From: Fistulifera solaris
Taxonomy: Eukaryota
DNA length: 64,000 nt
Assembly: GCA_030295235.1 (NCBI GenBank)
Contig: AP026131.1
Coordinates: 744,001 to 808,000 of the forward strand
Direction of reading: 5' to 3'
This document shows, piece by piece, positions 1 through 11,748 of the stretch. A program made the position numbers and the translations under genes. Every line of letters begins with the position of its first letter. Position 1 is the first letter of the stretch. The notes beneath the pieces were generated by a model, which saw nothing but the letters and a program-made list of their open reading frames with translations, ran no database searches and was not told the DNA's origin.

Positions 1-71
1 TGATCAAGTGCGTTCATAAACATCCCGCCTATTTCCAGCAATAAAGGATAGCATATTATGATATTAACTTA

Positions 72-1541
72 CTACAATTTACTCAATGCGGCTGCCGACT
101 CTAGCATATTCACTTCTTCTGTATCCAATGTCCAACCCAGACAGCCCAGGACTTCTTTGGCCTGCGTGGGACTGTTGACTTCGGGTAAAGGAACACCACC
201 TTTGGCAATCACGTAATTGAGTGCTACTTGCGTCGTGGTAATGTCCGTATTGATTTGCGGCGGTGGTCCGTACTTGCTTTTGAATCGTTCTTGGGTGTCA
301 CGCATGTTTCGAATCACTCTTGTTCGGACTCTTTCGGCCACTGTTTCCAGTACGCTATGAACTGCTTGGTACTTTTCGAGCTCTTTGAAGGTGTACTTCT
401 TGTTGCTGCTCGACAGGGAAAGGACTCCTCTTCCGCCGCCGGTTGGATTCATGGCGGTGAAAATACCACTCGCCAAACCATTGTCGAGAGGGTTTGTGAT
501 AAGAGGAATCACATTGAATTCTTTGCAAATGTCAATCAAGGCTTCATTCTTCCGATTTGTCAAGGAAAAATCAAAGGCATTGCTGGTGAGACTGTAGTCG
601 GCCGCCGCCAACTGATTGCACAATTTACGGATCTTGCGACCATTCGTGACACCAACGACACCGACCGTATTTGCTTGACCGGATTCAAGCACCGCAATGA
701 GTCCTTTGGACAATGCGCTGGTACTACTGTACCGTGAGTAAGGAACTTGCAAGAGCTCAATGGTGGATAAATCACCTAGTTTCGTCAGCGACTTTTCCAG
801 TGAATTCACCATAGCCTTTTCTGTCGTCACGACTGTATTCATGGAAAGCGTCGCGAGTACGGTTGGTAACACATTTCCCGAGTAAGTTTCCGCAATCTGA
901 CATTCCGGAACACCCTCGGGTCGTTCGGCCAAACATCGTTTCAAGATATCGTGCGCACTCATCGTTCCACCATACGAGGCGGAAGTCTCCACAAACGTAA
1001 TGCCCGCAGCGAGCAAATCATTGTACGCCAATTGAATATCACCCGGCACAAACAAACCCGACTTGATGGCCCGTTTGGTCAATTTTCCGCTCGCAACAAA
1101 GTTTCGTTTCGGATCACCCCACGCGATGGTCGTAATGCCCATGCGATTGGGAATATGGAAATCATTTTCGTCCTCATAATCGGCCATGTAGTCGACAATC
1201 GGGGTATCGTATTTTGGTTTTGTGTCGCTGTCTTTTTCTTTCTTCTGGTCGGTAGTTTCTTTCGGGGCTTTATTGCGAACGGGTCGTTCCGTTTTGAAGG
1301 CTGGCAAATTGCTGAGATCCAAATCGACCGTGGGTTCCTCCGGCAGCGAAGGAGTTTCTTCCTGTTTCCGCTGTCGCTTAATTTGATTGCGTTTTCCTAT
1401 GAGTTTGGAGACTTCATCGTCCTCCGGTGTACTACTGAAACGAGCTGTGGTCGGTCGTGTCGTGGGCGCCCACAGCATAAACGCCTCATGGCTCGGTGCC
1501 AGCAAAAGTAGGGAAACCCCAATGGCGATGGGTCGGAACAT
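72..1541 (-). CDS. Aldo-keto reductase-fold protein, probably plastid-targeted and catalytically degenerate
   Basis: First ATG at 1541 gives a signal peptide + HEA-F-MLW leader. AKR-like segments: MGITTIAWG, FVETSASYG, PLDNGLASG, TQVALNYVIAKGGVPLPEVNSPTQAKEVLGCLGWTL. Confidence 0.75.
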   Translation of the reverse strand: MFRPIAIGVSLLLLAPSHEAFMLWAPTTRPTTARFSSTPEDDEVSKLIGKRNQIKRQRKQEETPSLPEEPTVDLDLSNLPAFKTERPVRNKAPKETTDQKKEKDSDTKPKYDTPIVDYMADYEDENDFHIPNRMGITTIAWGDPKRNFVASGKLTKRAIKSGLFVPGDIQLAYNDLLAAGITFVETSASYGGTMSAHDILKRCLAERPEGVPECQIAETYSGNVLPTVLATLSMNTVVTTEKAMVNSLEKSLTKLGDLSTIELLQVPYSRYSSTSALSKGLIAVLESGQANTVGVVGVTNGRKIRKLCNQLAAADYSLTSNAFDFSLTNRKNEALIDICKEFNVIPLITNPLDNGLASGIFTAMNPTGGGRGVLSLSSSNKKYTFKELEKYQAVHSVLETVAERVRTRVIRNMRDTQERFKSKYGPPPQINTDITTTQVALNYVIAKGGVPLPEVNSPTQAKEVLGCLGWTLDTEEVNMLESAAALSKL

Positions 1542-2529
1542 TTTTCGAGTTTTTACTATTGATACTGGGGCCTGAGGCAACGGTTATATGGGAAATGAGA
1601 AAGAATGTCGACGACGACGACGATCGAGATCGCGAGTGTGTTGACGTTGAAATCAAAAAAATCGATCCGATTGATCGATGCAAGCGAGCGGCATTCATCG
1701 TCGCGTTCGCAAGTGCGTATGGAATGGCAGACGGATCAGTCCCCATAAAACTCGGGAATGAAACGAAGAACGAGAAAGAATGCAATGCCTCCGGTAAGGT
1801 TAGGCGTTAGGAAATCACAGCGTCATGGTCTTCGAGACAACGACTGGATTGGCGGCACTATGGGACAAAGAGTAAGAAGTTGACACCAACTTTCTGAGCC
1901 AGCCAGCGAACCCCAAAAGAATGCCGCGAAGATGATCTTTCGTTCGGTACTATAATCATAAAGTGTAGTCTGGACAGAAGGAAGCCTTCGTAACGGTACT
2001 GAACCGTCAATCTGCCATCAAAAATCCAACCGCGAAAAAAGGAGAAGATTGCGACCTCGGAACGATTGCATCACAGATCCTTCTCCTTCCGTCATAAATA
2101 AACCCATCACATCGGACGAGAAAAGGTTAAATTTGCCTCTTGTTTGTCTTTTGTATTGAAATAAGAGTGTGCTGCCCTCTTTAGGTGAGTTGCTGGATGA
2201 GTGTTTTGCTTGCTATGCGGGTAGATGCATGACAGAAGAGAGGCCTGCTTGATTGCGTCGATGCGCATCGGATCCATCACGATGCGATCGTGATGTGATA
2301 GCGTACAGCCTGTTCACAGGACTGATCTTGAAATCGAAGGGCTTTCCTTCGAACGGATGAATACGCATTCGTTGTCGTTGTGAAGACAAGGCATAGCTTT
2401 TCCAGATCGTCCGACAAGCGGCTGTCGATGGTCGTCGTGCTCACTGGACCGACGACTTGTGGTGATTGCCGGTATTTCATAGTCTCAAAATGTCGTCTTA
2501 ACCCTCTTGCAGTCTCTTCTTGAACTTCA

Positions 2530-4969
2530 TTGACTGGATTCTTCTATCATGTATTCCAAAAGACGTTCCAGCCAGTCGCCAAGCGCGTCCAGCAACGTGG
2601 CATTTTGGGTGTGAGCAACTGGCTCGACAAGAAACTCTATCGTGCGGCCAAGGGACTCATGCCGGCGATTTCCAAAACAGAACAAGTGGCCTTGGGTTGT
2701 GGTACCATTGGCTTTGATCGAGATATCTTCACGGGATCTCCTTCCTTGAAAAAGCTCGTCGATACCTACCAGCCCAAATTGAGTGCCGAAGAAAAGGCCT
2801 TTCTCGACAATCAAGTCAACACATTGTGTGCCATGTTGAATGATCATGATGTTGTCACAAAGAAAGATTTCTCCAAGGAAGCCTGGGATTACATGCGCAA
2901 TGAAAAGTTCTTTGCCATGAAAATTCCCAAGGAATTTGGTGGATTGCAGTTTTCGACCCATGCCGTTTCCCAAATTCTGGCCAAGTTGGCGACACAATGT
3001 TTCGATGCCAACGCGACCGTGGCCGTGCCCAACTCGTTGGGACCGGGTGAACTACTCGCTCGTTATGGTACACCGGAACAGAAAGACTATTTTTGCCGCG
3101 TTTGGCGGATGGGACTTTGATTCCTTGCTTTGGATTGACGGGTCCTCACTCGGGAAGTGATGCGACTTCGCTCATTCAAAGTGACTGTGTGGTCGAAGAG
3201 CGCGACGGAGTGTTGGGTGTTGTGGCGAACTTCAAGAAGCGATACATTACTCTAGCTCCGGTGGCTGGACTGGTCGGTCTGGGATTGAATCTGCATGATC
3301 CGAAAGGCTTGTTGAAAGGAAACGGTGCCGAAGGCTTTACGGTGGCCTTGCTCGAACGCAATCACCCCGGTCTTCGCATGGGACCGCGACACTACCCTTT
3401 GAATGCCGCCTTTATGAATGGTACAGTCGAGGGAGAGGATGTTTGGATCCCCATGTCGAGCATTCTGGGAGGACAAGAACGTTGCGGTTTCGGCTGGCAC
3501 ATGTTCGTCGAATGCTTGGCAGAAGGACGTGGTGTTTCTTTGCCGGCTGGATCTGCGGGTGCAGCTCGTGCGGTCATTAGCGGTGTCGGTGCCTACACGC
3601 GGGCCCGAAAACAGTTCCGTGTCCCCATTGCCGAATTTGGAGGTATTCAAGAAGGTAGGTTCTTTCGATTGTTGACATGGGTGTGCTGAATTATGAACGA
3701 TGAGACTCACGCTTTTTCTGACATTTAGCCATGGCGTTATCTGCGAGTGACGGTGTCATGACTATCGCTGGCTGTGACTTGATGAATGCCATCGTTGACA
3801 ATCATGAAGCACCCATGGTGGTTTCTTCGATTATGAAGCAAAACTGTACTGAACGTGGTCGTCGAATTGTCGAGCGTGGTATGGATGTTGCCGCAGGATC
3901 CGCTATCTGCCGTGGTGACAAAAACTATCTGGCCAACGCTTACATGAGTCTCCCCATCGCCATTACGGTGGAGGGAGCCAACATTATGACTCGTTCGTTC
4001 CAGATTATCGGTCAAGGTTTGACTCGTTGTCATCCGCACATGTTGGAAATGATTCAGTCATTACAGATGCCCCAATCGGAAGAGAAGGAAGCCATCAAAA
4101 TTTTTACGAAGCAATTCTACAAGACGGTTGGCCATGCGTTCAGCAACTTCACTTCATCCGTCGGTCGTGGTCTGAACTCTACTGTTTCCACCGCTTTCCG
4201 CTCGAAGACTGCTTACAAGGACGGAAGCAAGCTTCTTGACTACCACGAGAAGCAGCTTCTTCGTTTATCTGCCAACTTTGCCTACACTGCCAACCTTTGC
4301 TTCATGCTAGGCGGCAAGCTTAAATTTGAGGAGCTTCTCATGGGCCGTTTGGCCGATGCTTTGGGTGCGATTTTCTTGGGATACGCCACCTTGCACCATT
4401 ACTCGCGTAGACGTGGTATTGAAGGTTTGGAAGCCGTGACTGAGCACGCCATGCTCCGCTTGGAATACGAAGCGCAACAGGCTTTGTTGCAGGCGTCCAA
4501 CAACTTTCCCGGTCCGCTTGCTCCCGTCGTCAAGCCCTTGATGAAGCTCGGTTGTTTCCCTCTTGGAAATTTGACGCGTCCTTACTCGGAGCCAAGTGAT
4601 ACTTTGACCAAGGAGGTTTCGCGACTAGTAACAACGCCGTCTGGTTTGCGCGACTTTTTTGAGGAAGGTATCTACATGTCAGAAGAGGGTGTTCCTCATC
4701 AAATTTCGGATTTGATTCGTGCCTTGCCTGTTTGCGTGCAGGCGGATCAGATCGCTTCTACGTTGCGTCGTGAGAAGAGACAGCCAACATCTGAGGAGAC
4801 TGATATCTTGTCTCGCGCCGAGGCCTTGCGTGATGTGCTGATTCAAGTCGATGTCTTTGATCACTTGACCGACGCTGAAGGTCAGAAGGGCTACACGAGA
4901 CCGGCCTTGGCCGGAACCGCCGAGCGTCTGTCTGCTTTGGATCGCAAGTCCTTTCAAGAGGTGGCCTAA
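2530..4969 (+). CDS. FadE-type acyl-CoA dehydrogenase with C-terminal extension
   Basis: Motifs VPNSLGPGELL, CFGLTGPHSGSDA, KRYITLAPVA, ECLAEGRGVSLP, ITVEGANIMTR. Joined across a 1-nt indel in the T-run at ~3092 and a GT-AG intron at ~3656-3729. The start appears as TTG, probably a corrupted ATG. Confidence 0.9.
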
Positions 4970-5136
4970 ATAAATGGCTATTGCAGTGAAACAGTGAAGA
5001 TGATATCGTACATTTATAAAGAACAATTAGTACCGTTTTATTATGTCTATGGTATCTTGTTGCGGCGGCCACTTTCAAATAAATAGGTCAATGGAAGAAA
5101 CGGTGATGAGCCGCATACATAATCACAAACTCGTTT

Positions 5137-5708
5137 CTACTTCCGTGCAAACTTGTTCATAAAAGCTCTCATTTCTTCCAAACTCTCATCTTGTTGACTA
5201 CATAACCCACGGCATTGATTCGGGTCGATGTTCGTAGTACTCGGAGGTGTCAGTATTTCGGCCGTGCTCTGCTGCACCGCATCGACAAAGACATCCTTGG
5301 ATTGGACGAGGACTACAATACTGGTAATCAAGCCCAATACGGCAAAAGCCGCTACGGGCAAAAAGACAAAGAACGATCGATCCAGTGCGAGCTCTCCCAT
5401 GAGAGGGACACTGACTTTGGGGGCGTTGGGATCGTACGTGGGGTCATTGTTGCGTGTGACACTGATCAACAACGGATCCAATTTCGCGGGTCGTGTGCGT
5501 GGTGGGCTGTTTTGATCACTGATATTCTCCTTTTGTCGTCGTTATCTTGGGGGATTGAGTCGGCTGATGATTGGTCGGATAATGACAATATCGTTCTGGA
5601 TTTTGAAAGGCAATGAGTCCATGAAGTGGGCGACAGAGCGGTAAAGGCAGACGTGAAACACCAACATTGCAAGCCGAAGAAAATTGCTGCCGCATTAAAA
5701 GATCGCAT
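5137..5708 (-). CDS. Small plastid-targeted membrane protein of unknown function
   Basis: Leader MRSFNAAAIFFGLQCWCFTSA-F-TA and one hydrophobic helix (FFVFLPVAAFAVLGLITSIVVLV). Two ORFs join with a 1-nt indel in a homopolymer at ~5532. Confidence 0.6.
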
Positions 5709-6130
5709 GGCTCGAATTTGTCGTTGATTTATTCCTTAGTAAAACACTTTCGTCTTGGACTCTATTCACTCAATATTAGCAAAGATACAAGAGCCTATCA
5801 ATGGAGGAATGGGGCAGCTGTCGTTTTGTCGCGTTCTTCTGTCGGCTTCAAGGCGGACGAGGAGTCATGCAGTTGACGTCACCATACTGACTTGTCATGT
5901 ATAAGTACCGATAAGATATCATCTCTTTTCAATATATAGTAGCATTCATTCACGGTTAAACGGTGTCCGACTCGATGACATCCATCCAACAAAAACAACA
6001 AACAACGCATTTCGATTATTTTCCCGCCAGAACATCGAACGAATGAATAGAAGAAGGAATAGAAACTCCTATTGTTTATCATCCATTGTATCACTCGGTC
6101 ATTTTTAACAATTTAGCACAGCAGTAACAA

Positions 6131-7438
6131 ATGCGACAATCGGGTCGATACAAGTCGTCACTGACGCGATGGCTGTGCTTCGCCGTTCTACTATCGTTCA
6201 CTTCGGGGTTCTTGTTTCTGTTTCCGCAAAGAAAGTCAAGTCGACTGTATCTATCGTCGAGCGACAAGGTCATCCCGGTACAAAGAACACCGTGTGTCAC
6301 AGGTGTCGCTCCCCGGGACGGTCCGTTGAATGAAGCCGTCGCCCGGATATTGAACATGAATTCCTTCGAAAAGGCCAATGAACTCATTGAAATAGGTGCT
6401 GTATGGGCCAGGATGGAGGGTCTTTCCGAAGAGGACTTGTTGGCGCAGTACGACGAAGGAACGTCTTCCTCACGTGCACTCTATGCGGACATTGCCCCCT
6501 TTCCCGACGACGATGATGTCGATTTGGAGATGTATATCGAACAAATGGAATCGCAACGATTCCGACGCATTTTAACTCCCAGTCACATTCAAGCTGGAAC
6601 GGATTTGCGCATATATCCGGAACCACGTCGTTTTCCGGCGTACTATAATGTGACGCGTGATTGTTTGTTGTACGAAGACACGACCTTTCTGGTCGTGGAT
6701 AAGCCTCCCATGTTACCCACACAACCGGATGCGTCCAATTACTTTGAGTGTCTGCCGGGTGCAGTCCAAGATCTCCTGGGGCCCTTTTACAATATTATGG
6801 GTGAGGAAATCAATAGACCACTGCTTTGCCATCGTGTGGATGCTCCGGTCGGAGGTTGTGTGGTCCTCAGCAAGGATAGAAATGGTCAGCAAGTATTTTC
6901 CAATTTTCAACGTGACCGGGCTTTGCGCAAGGTATATCTCACTCTGACACGGCAACCAGTTCCGCTGGGCATGCATATACATTGGATGTGGGCACCCCAA
7001 TCGGCTCGCGGTGCGTCCGGAGGACCGGCGTGTCAGTTGATCCGCCACGCCCCGCCCGAATCTCGTCGAAAGGCACGTGAGTATTGGAATCGCTGTGTAT
7101 TGGAAGTCGTCAAGTGCGAACCGATTGTCGTGCCCGGAGAAGAAGGTCCTCTGTATCAAAGCACCGTTCGTCTCGTCACCGGTCGCAAACATCAAATTCG
7201 TGCTCAATTGGCCAGTGTGGGTGCACCTATTTTGCACGATACCTTGTACGAACCCATGACGTCTTTGACGCTGGATGTTTTAGAAACGAATGATGATTCA
7301 CTGGACGAAGCCATCAGTAAGTGCCGTGCACCGGTGCGTCCGATTGGTCTGCAAGCGCATGCGGTTCTGTTCGGGGGTATTCGAGTGAAAGCTCGTCCTC
7401 CTTGGTGGCAGAAAGTCGGTACTGATGAAGCTGTTTGA
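6131..7438 (+). CDS. RluA-family RNA pseudouridine synthase, organelle-targeted
   Basis: VVDKPPMLPT motif, catalytic HRVD (HRLD-like), LVTGRKHQIRAQLA, PILHDTLY, LQAH; N-terminal signal/transit-like leader. Confidence 0.88.
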   Translation: MRQSGRYKSSLTRWLCFAVLLSFTSGFLFLFPQRKSSRLYLSSSDKVIPVQRTPCVTGVAPRDGPLNEAVARILNMNSFEKANELIEIGAVWARMEGLSEEDLLAQYDEGTSSSRALYADIAPFPDDDDVDLEMYIEQMESQRFRRILTPSHIQAGTDLRIYPEPRRFPAYYNVTRDCLLYEDTTFLVVDKPPMLPTQPDASNYFECLPGAVQDLLGPFYNIMGEEINRPLLCHRVDAPVGGCVVLSKDRNGQQVFSNFQRDRALRKVYLTLTRQPVPLGMHIHWMWAPQSARGASGGPACQLIRHAPPESRRKAREYWNRCVLEVVKCEPIVVPGEEGPLYQSTVRLVTGRKHQIRAQLASVGAPILHDTLYEPMTSLTLDVLETNDDSLDEAISKCRAPVRPIGLQAHAVLFGGIRVKARPPWWQKVGTDEAV

Positions 7439-7715
7439 AAATTCGATGAAGTGTTTGCATAAAAGCGAAAGACATTTTTTCGTTTTGTTGGTTGCGGACG
7501 GAACTCCAGCTCTGTTAGTTGACAACTGGTTCTACCTGAATCGAACAATAATGAAAGGGTCGAATTCACTCGAATATATTTAATTTTGAGTGCGTTTAAT
7601 ACTTTAATCTATGTTTGTCAAAAATAAGCAGTCATTTATGTGCGCCAGCTAGGCGCCCATTCACTGTGCCGTCTCACTATTCTCTGACGTCCGAGCATTT
7701 GCGGTTGCAATCGAT

Positions 7716-8441
7716 TTATACGTCTTTCTTGGAAACTTTTTCAAGGTGGTTCACAAAGGTATAGCAAGAAAACAAAACAAACAGCTTCCGATACCAAACC
7801 CATTGCGAAGCGTGAGAAGCCATAGCTATCCAGTTGAAGCCGGGCGTATGTAATCGATAGACACGACACTGTGTTCCGTCGTCAATTGCCTGAACCGCTG
7901 ATAAGAAGCCGAACCAGTGCAACACAACCAGACACCAACTATATATTGGAATATACTTGATGACTGGATTGTGAACACTTTTCAAAGACCACATTTCCAA
8001 AGGTACTTCTGTGTTATGCATTAGTGCTTGCGCCGCTCGGAAAGTGTCACGATGATTGATGTGTCCTGATACTCCGTACGAATCAAAGGTTATCATGTGT
8101 ATTCTCTGGTAATTTGCTGAACAAACTTGATGCAAATAATTTTCGATAATGCGAACAGCGTGGTCTATGGGCCAAGATTGTGTCGGATGATCCTTTAACA
8201 GTGGATCGTCGATCAAACGGAAATTTTGAATTCCTAGAATTTCATGACAAGTCTTTTGCAGTTCTCGAGACCGAGTCTTCCCTAATCCGTCATAATCTCC
8301 CGTAGTTAAGCAAAGAAGTCGAACATCGCAGCCTTTGTCTTGCAAACATCGAATTGTGGGTAGAAAGAACATACTTTCGTCGTCGGGATGAGCCGTCACA
8401 AGGACATAGACGTCGCACGCAACTACATTATTTGCAGTCAT
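7716..8441 (-). CDS. PIGL: N-acetylglucosaminyl-phosphatidylinositol de-N-acetylase (GPI biosynthesis)
   Basis: TAHPDDESMFF, GLGKTRSREL, ITFDSYGVSGHINH, AMASHASQWVWYRKLF. Confidence 0.92.
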   Translation of the reverse strand: MTANNVVACDVYVLVTAHPDDESMFFLPTIRCLQDKGCDVRLLCLTTGDYDGLGKTRSRELQKTCHEILGIQNFRLIDDPLLKDHPTQSWPIDHAVRIIENYLHQVCSANYQRIHMITFDSYGVSGHINHRDTFRAAQALMHNTEVPLEMWSLKSVHNPVIKYIPIYSWCLVVLHWFGFLSAVQAIDDGTQCRVYRLHTPGFNWIAMASHASQWVWYRKLFVLFSCYTFVNHLEKVSKKDV

Positions 8442-8601
8442 TCTTCTTCGCTTGCGACTCTTGTCTCCCGAGTCAACATATCACTGTAACGGCTGTGTTC
8501 TGTTTATTTCAGAAGTACTCGATGAGCTGAACGTATAATGGTCTCCGCGATTCTATTCACTTCGGCTTTTATTGCCCTCGCTCTCGCACATCATCGTAGA
8601 T

Positions 8602-8979
8602 CTTTTTTTTTATTTTTGCCTTGCTATCGCCTTGCAAAAAGTTACGGATTTTATTTAGCTAAACGACACGAAATGTCAAGGATTATATCTAGCGATTGAA
8701 AACCACAGCATGACTATAATCATTTTGTGTAGTCTCGTATCCATAATCTCACACTCGGATCGATTGATCATATTAAGGTTATCCAGCTTTTAAGGAGATA
8801 ACCTTAATCTACGCATGAAAATTTAACCTCCCTTATGGATTACCATCTACACTATCATCAACAGTGAAGAAGTGGTTTTTGGATATTAAATATAATCCAT
8901 AAAATTTCGTGTCGTATCACTAAGAGAAATCCGTAAGATTTTGCAAGGCGATATAGCAAGGCAAAAATAATGAAAAAAG
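8602..8979. repeat. Long degenerate inverted repeat (fold-back / MITE-like), centre ~8790
   Basis: 8611-8651 tatttttgccttgctat-cgccttgcaaaaagttacggattt matches the reverse complement of 8927-8969. Inner blocks acgacacgaaat, ggattatat, aaaaccac, gtgtag and atccataa are also mirrored. Central stem ttaaggttatc...gataaccttaa at 8773-8807. Confidence 0.85.
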
Positions 8980-9095
8980 TTTGACGAAATAAATTCGGCG
9001 CCTCATTCGTTTCTTCCGACACGATGAACGGAAGTCAATGATTCTTCCTGTGATCTATCATTAATTTCTCTCTACCTTTTTGTACCTGATACATC

Positions 9096-9893
9096 ATGGT
9101 TGAACAGCAGAAGGTGCATAGCTCCGCTCTACAGTGTCTTGCGGTCTGGATGGGCAAAAGAGATTCTTCCGCGGAAACTTGCCTCCATGCTGAAGCGCTT
9201 GTTCTTCGGGTAGAAAGTAACGGAACACACGCCAGCCAAGCGGGTCGAGAATTTCGATTCCTTACCGATGATTCTTCTCTAAATTTTCATGTCACCAAGA
9301 TCCAAATTGCGCCCGTGGGTAATCAAAGTTTGGCTTCCGCACTCGTGACCAGTTCGAAGTATTGTGGATGGATTGTTTTGTTGAATATGGGAGATCAATG
9401 GCAATGTATATCAGCGACTTTTTCACCTCCATCTGTCTGTACGACACCTCAAGATTATCAAGATGTGATTCAACTCACTTGGGATGGATACAGTCGAGCG
9501 AATCGAATGTGTGACGGTAAAAAAATGGCTACGGTTTTCCATCCCATGTGTCGCTTGACCGAAGCCACCGACGTTTGTAACGATACATCCACAACGAGGT
9601 CTCTTTTTCTCAAGAATCAAACCGAGTTTTGTGAATTGGTCACAAAGCGGTACGATGATCCGAACAGTCGGCACTATCCATTCCGACAGTTGAAAGACGA
9701 TCTGTCTTTCCTCTCGCAATATGATTCCTTGCTGAGCATCGATTTTGCGACCGATCGCGTAGCGCTGGTGACGCTACGGATAGGTCACCCACCTTGCTTG
9801 TGGACGGACTATCTCACCGTGGCGAAAATATCATCTCAATGGTGGATTGTGCATAAATCGTCTTGTTCCGAACCGTTTCCGGAAATGAAGTGA
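9096..9893 (+). CDS. NTF2-like / putative lumazine-binding family protein (apparently two domains)
   Basis: C-terminal domain Y...CDGKKMATVFHP...IDFATDRVALVTLRI...WTDYLTVAKISSQWWIVHK; the N-terminal half ends in a similar IVLLNMGDQWQCISA. Confidence 0.6.
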   Translation: MVEQQKVHSSALQCLAVWMGKRDSSAETCLHAEALVLRVESNGTHASQAGREFRFLTDDSSLNFHVTKIQIAPVGNQSLASALVTSSKYCGWIVLLNMGDQWQCISATFSPPSVCTTPQDYQDVIQLTWDGYSRANRMCDGKKMATVFHPMCRLTEATDVCNDTSTTRSLFLKNQTEFCELVTKRYDDPNSRHYPFRQLKDDLSFLSQYDSLLSIDFATDRVALVTLRIGHPPCLWTDYLTVAKISSQWWIVHKSSCSEPFPEMK

Positions 9894-10130
9894 ATGTCAG
9901 ACCTCGCTGATTTTACAGAGAAAAAGAGAATAAAGAATGAAAGAAACGGTTCATAATTAAAGTTATTCCCTCAAGCCATTTCTCCCTGAATATTCTAGGT
10001 GAACGGAGCTTGGCCTTTCTGTTTCATTCATTTGTCAAAGATAGCTAGCTTATTGAATAGGATGGGATGTTCCCATTCGGTTTGCAAACTTACAAACAGT
10101 ATCAGCGATGTTGCTCGCAATGAAGCTTGC

Positions 10131-10799
10131 TCAAAACAAGCCAAAGAAAGTCTTTTTACTGGCTTCCGCTTTCATATTCTCCAACTCTTGATTCGATTTT
10201 TGCAACGCTTCTTCCAGTCTCCGGTTCAATTCCGCCAATTGCGCCTTTTCGATACGAACTTGACTCAATTGCGCTTCTTTATCGGTCGACTGCGCCACTA
10301 TACCCAATCCATCCATAAGCTTTTCTGATTTCAACTTGTCCGTTTGAACGGCCAAACGAAAGTTGTAGTCGGTGCGAATTTTGTCCTTGGCTTTTTCGAG
10401 TTCCTCTCGCATTTGATTGTCGTAGCGTTTCTTAAATCGCGTCGTTTGTGCTTCGTACTCTTGATCCATCTCAAACAGTTTATCTTCCAGTTGCGTCATT
10501 TTTTGTTCCGTTTCAAGACGCGTTTCATTGAGTGCGATTTGCGATTCGAGCAGCGCCTTCTCGAGTTCTTGGATGCGCGGTTGTTGAGAGAAAGCGCCCG
10601 CCACTGCCGAAGCGGCGGCAACGACGCCCATTTGAATGACGGGCATTCCGGCCGTGATGAGTTCGGGGTCCATGCCGGACTGGAGTTGGGTGATGTGGGT
10701 GCGCGGACTAGCAGGCGACAGAAAGGCCTGTGCTGGTAGCCAATGAATCATCAAGAAAAGGCAGGATAGCGGAATCGGAGAAAGCCGAAGGGAGTACAT
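10131..10799 (-). CDS. Plastid-targeted coiled-coil protein of unknown function
   Basis: Signal peptide + AQA-F-LSP, a hydrophobic segment, then a long E/K/Q/L-rich heptad region. Confidence 0.7.
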   Translation of the reverse strand: MYSLRLSPIPLSCLFLMIHWLPAQAFLSPASPRTHITQLQSGMDPELITAGMPVIQMGVVAAASAVAGAFSQQPRIQELEKALLESQIALNETRLETEQKMTQLEDKLFEMDQEYEAQTTRFKKRYDNQMREELEKAKDKIRTDYNFRLAVQTDKLKSEKLMDGLGIVAQSTDKEAQLSQVRIEKAQLAELNRRLEEALQKSNQELENMKAEASKKTFFGLF

Positions 10800-11748
10800 G
10801 GTTGACTAGAGGGCTTGTTTGAGCCGGCGAAGGGGCGTTGAATAGAAGAAATGAATTGACTTATCACTTTGTTTTGACAAGGTCGGTCCAATGAATGATC
10901 AATGACGAAAAGGATGAATGAGGGCAAAATCGGGTCAATCATGATCATGACTCAAAGTGGACGAATCCATCGCGCAGGCGCGCGGTTCAACAAGCCAGCT
11001 CGCTGAATAATAGACTACTTCATCTACGTCCACAATGTACAATGTGTGCCCTAAAGCTGCATTCGTGCCATTCGACATGTTTATCCTTCGAAAACATTAA
11101 AGAAAAGTTATCATTTGACTTAAACTCACAAAGGCGACTTGTTTTCGCCGAAAATTGTCCCAGATGCTGCCGACTACCTTTTACTGTAAGGTTTAGCTTA
11201 AAGTGTCACGCGCCGATCCTCGACGTTCACATGTTAACCAGCATTGCGTGTCCTTTTGACTACTTGAAATTGAAAGGTCACCACATTTATTGATAAACAA
11301 GTTTCATTGCAAGAGAGAGAAAATTGCATTAAACTTACAAGCTTGGCTTGTTTCCGTCGAAACTTGTCTGGTGCCTCGTACTGTAGCTCAAAGTGTTCTT
11401 TTCGAACGACTGGTTTTCTAGAGTCATGAGACACATTTTGAAAAAGTGAAAAATGCCACAAAACACAAAACAACGACGATGATGCTGAAAAACATAAACA
11501 AAGAATGATGCCATGGGAGTCCTTATCAATGACCAGAAGACTCCCGCAAGAGTCCTTTCTTAATAAAGTGTGATGCAAAAGTCTACAATGTTGTATACAT
11601 GATGCACAGGCGAGCTGCAATAGCCGATCGAAATACACTTTCGAAAACTCCCACCGTCCCTTCCGGATCGTAAAACGAAACACAAATAATTATGTGCTCA
11701 CAAATTTGAGAAATAAATATTCACTACGTTTCATCACCTCAAACAATC

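Noticed and set aside
1793..1811. Telomere-like ggtaaggttaggcgttagg
   Set aside because: Only 2-3 imperfect units at an internal position; not a telomeric array.
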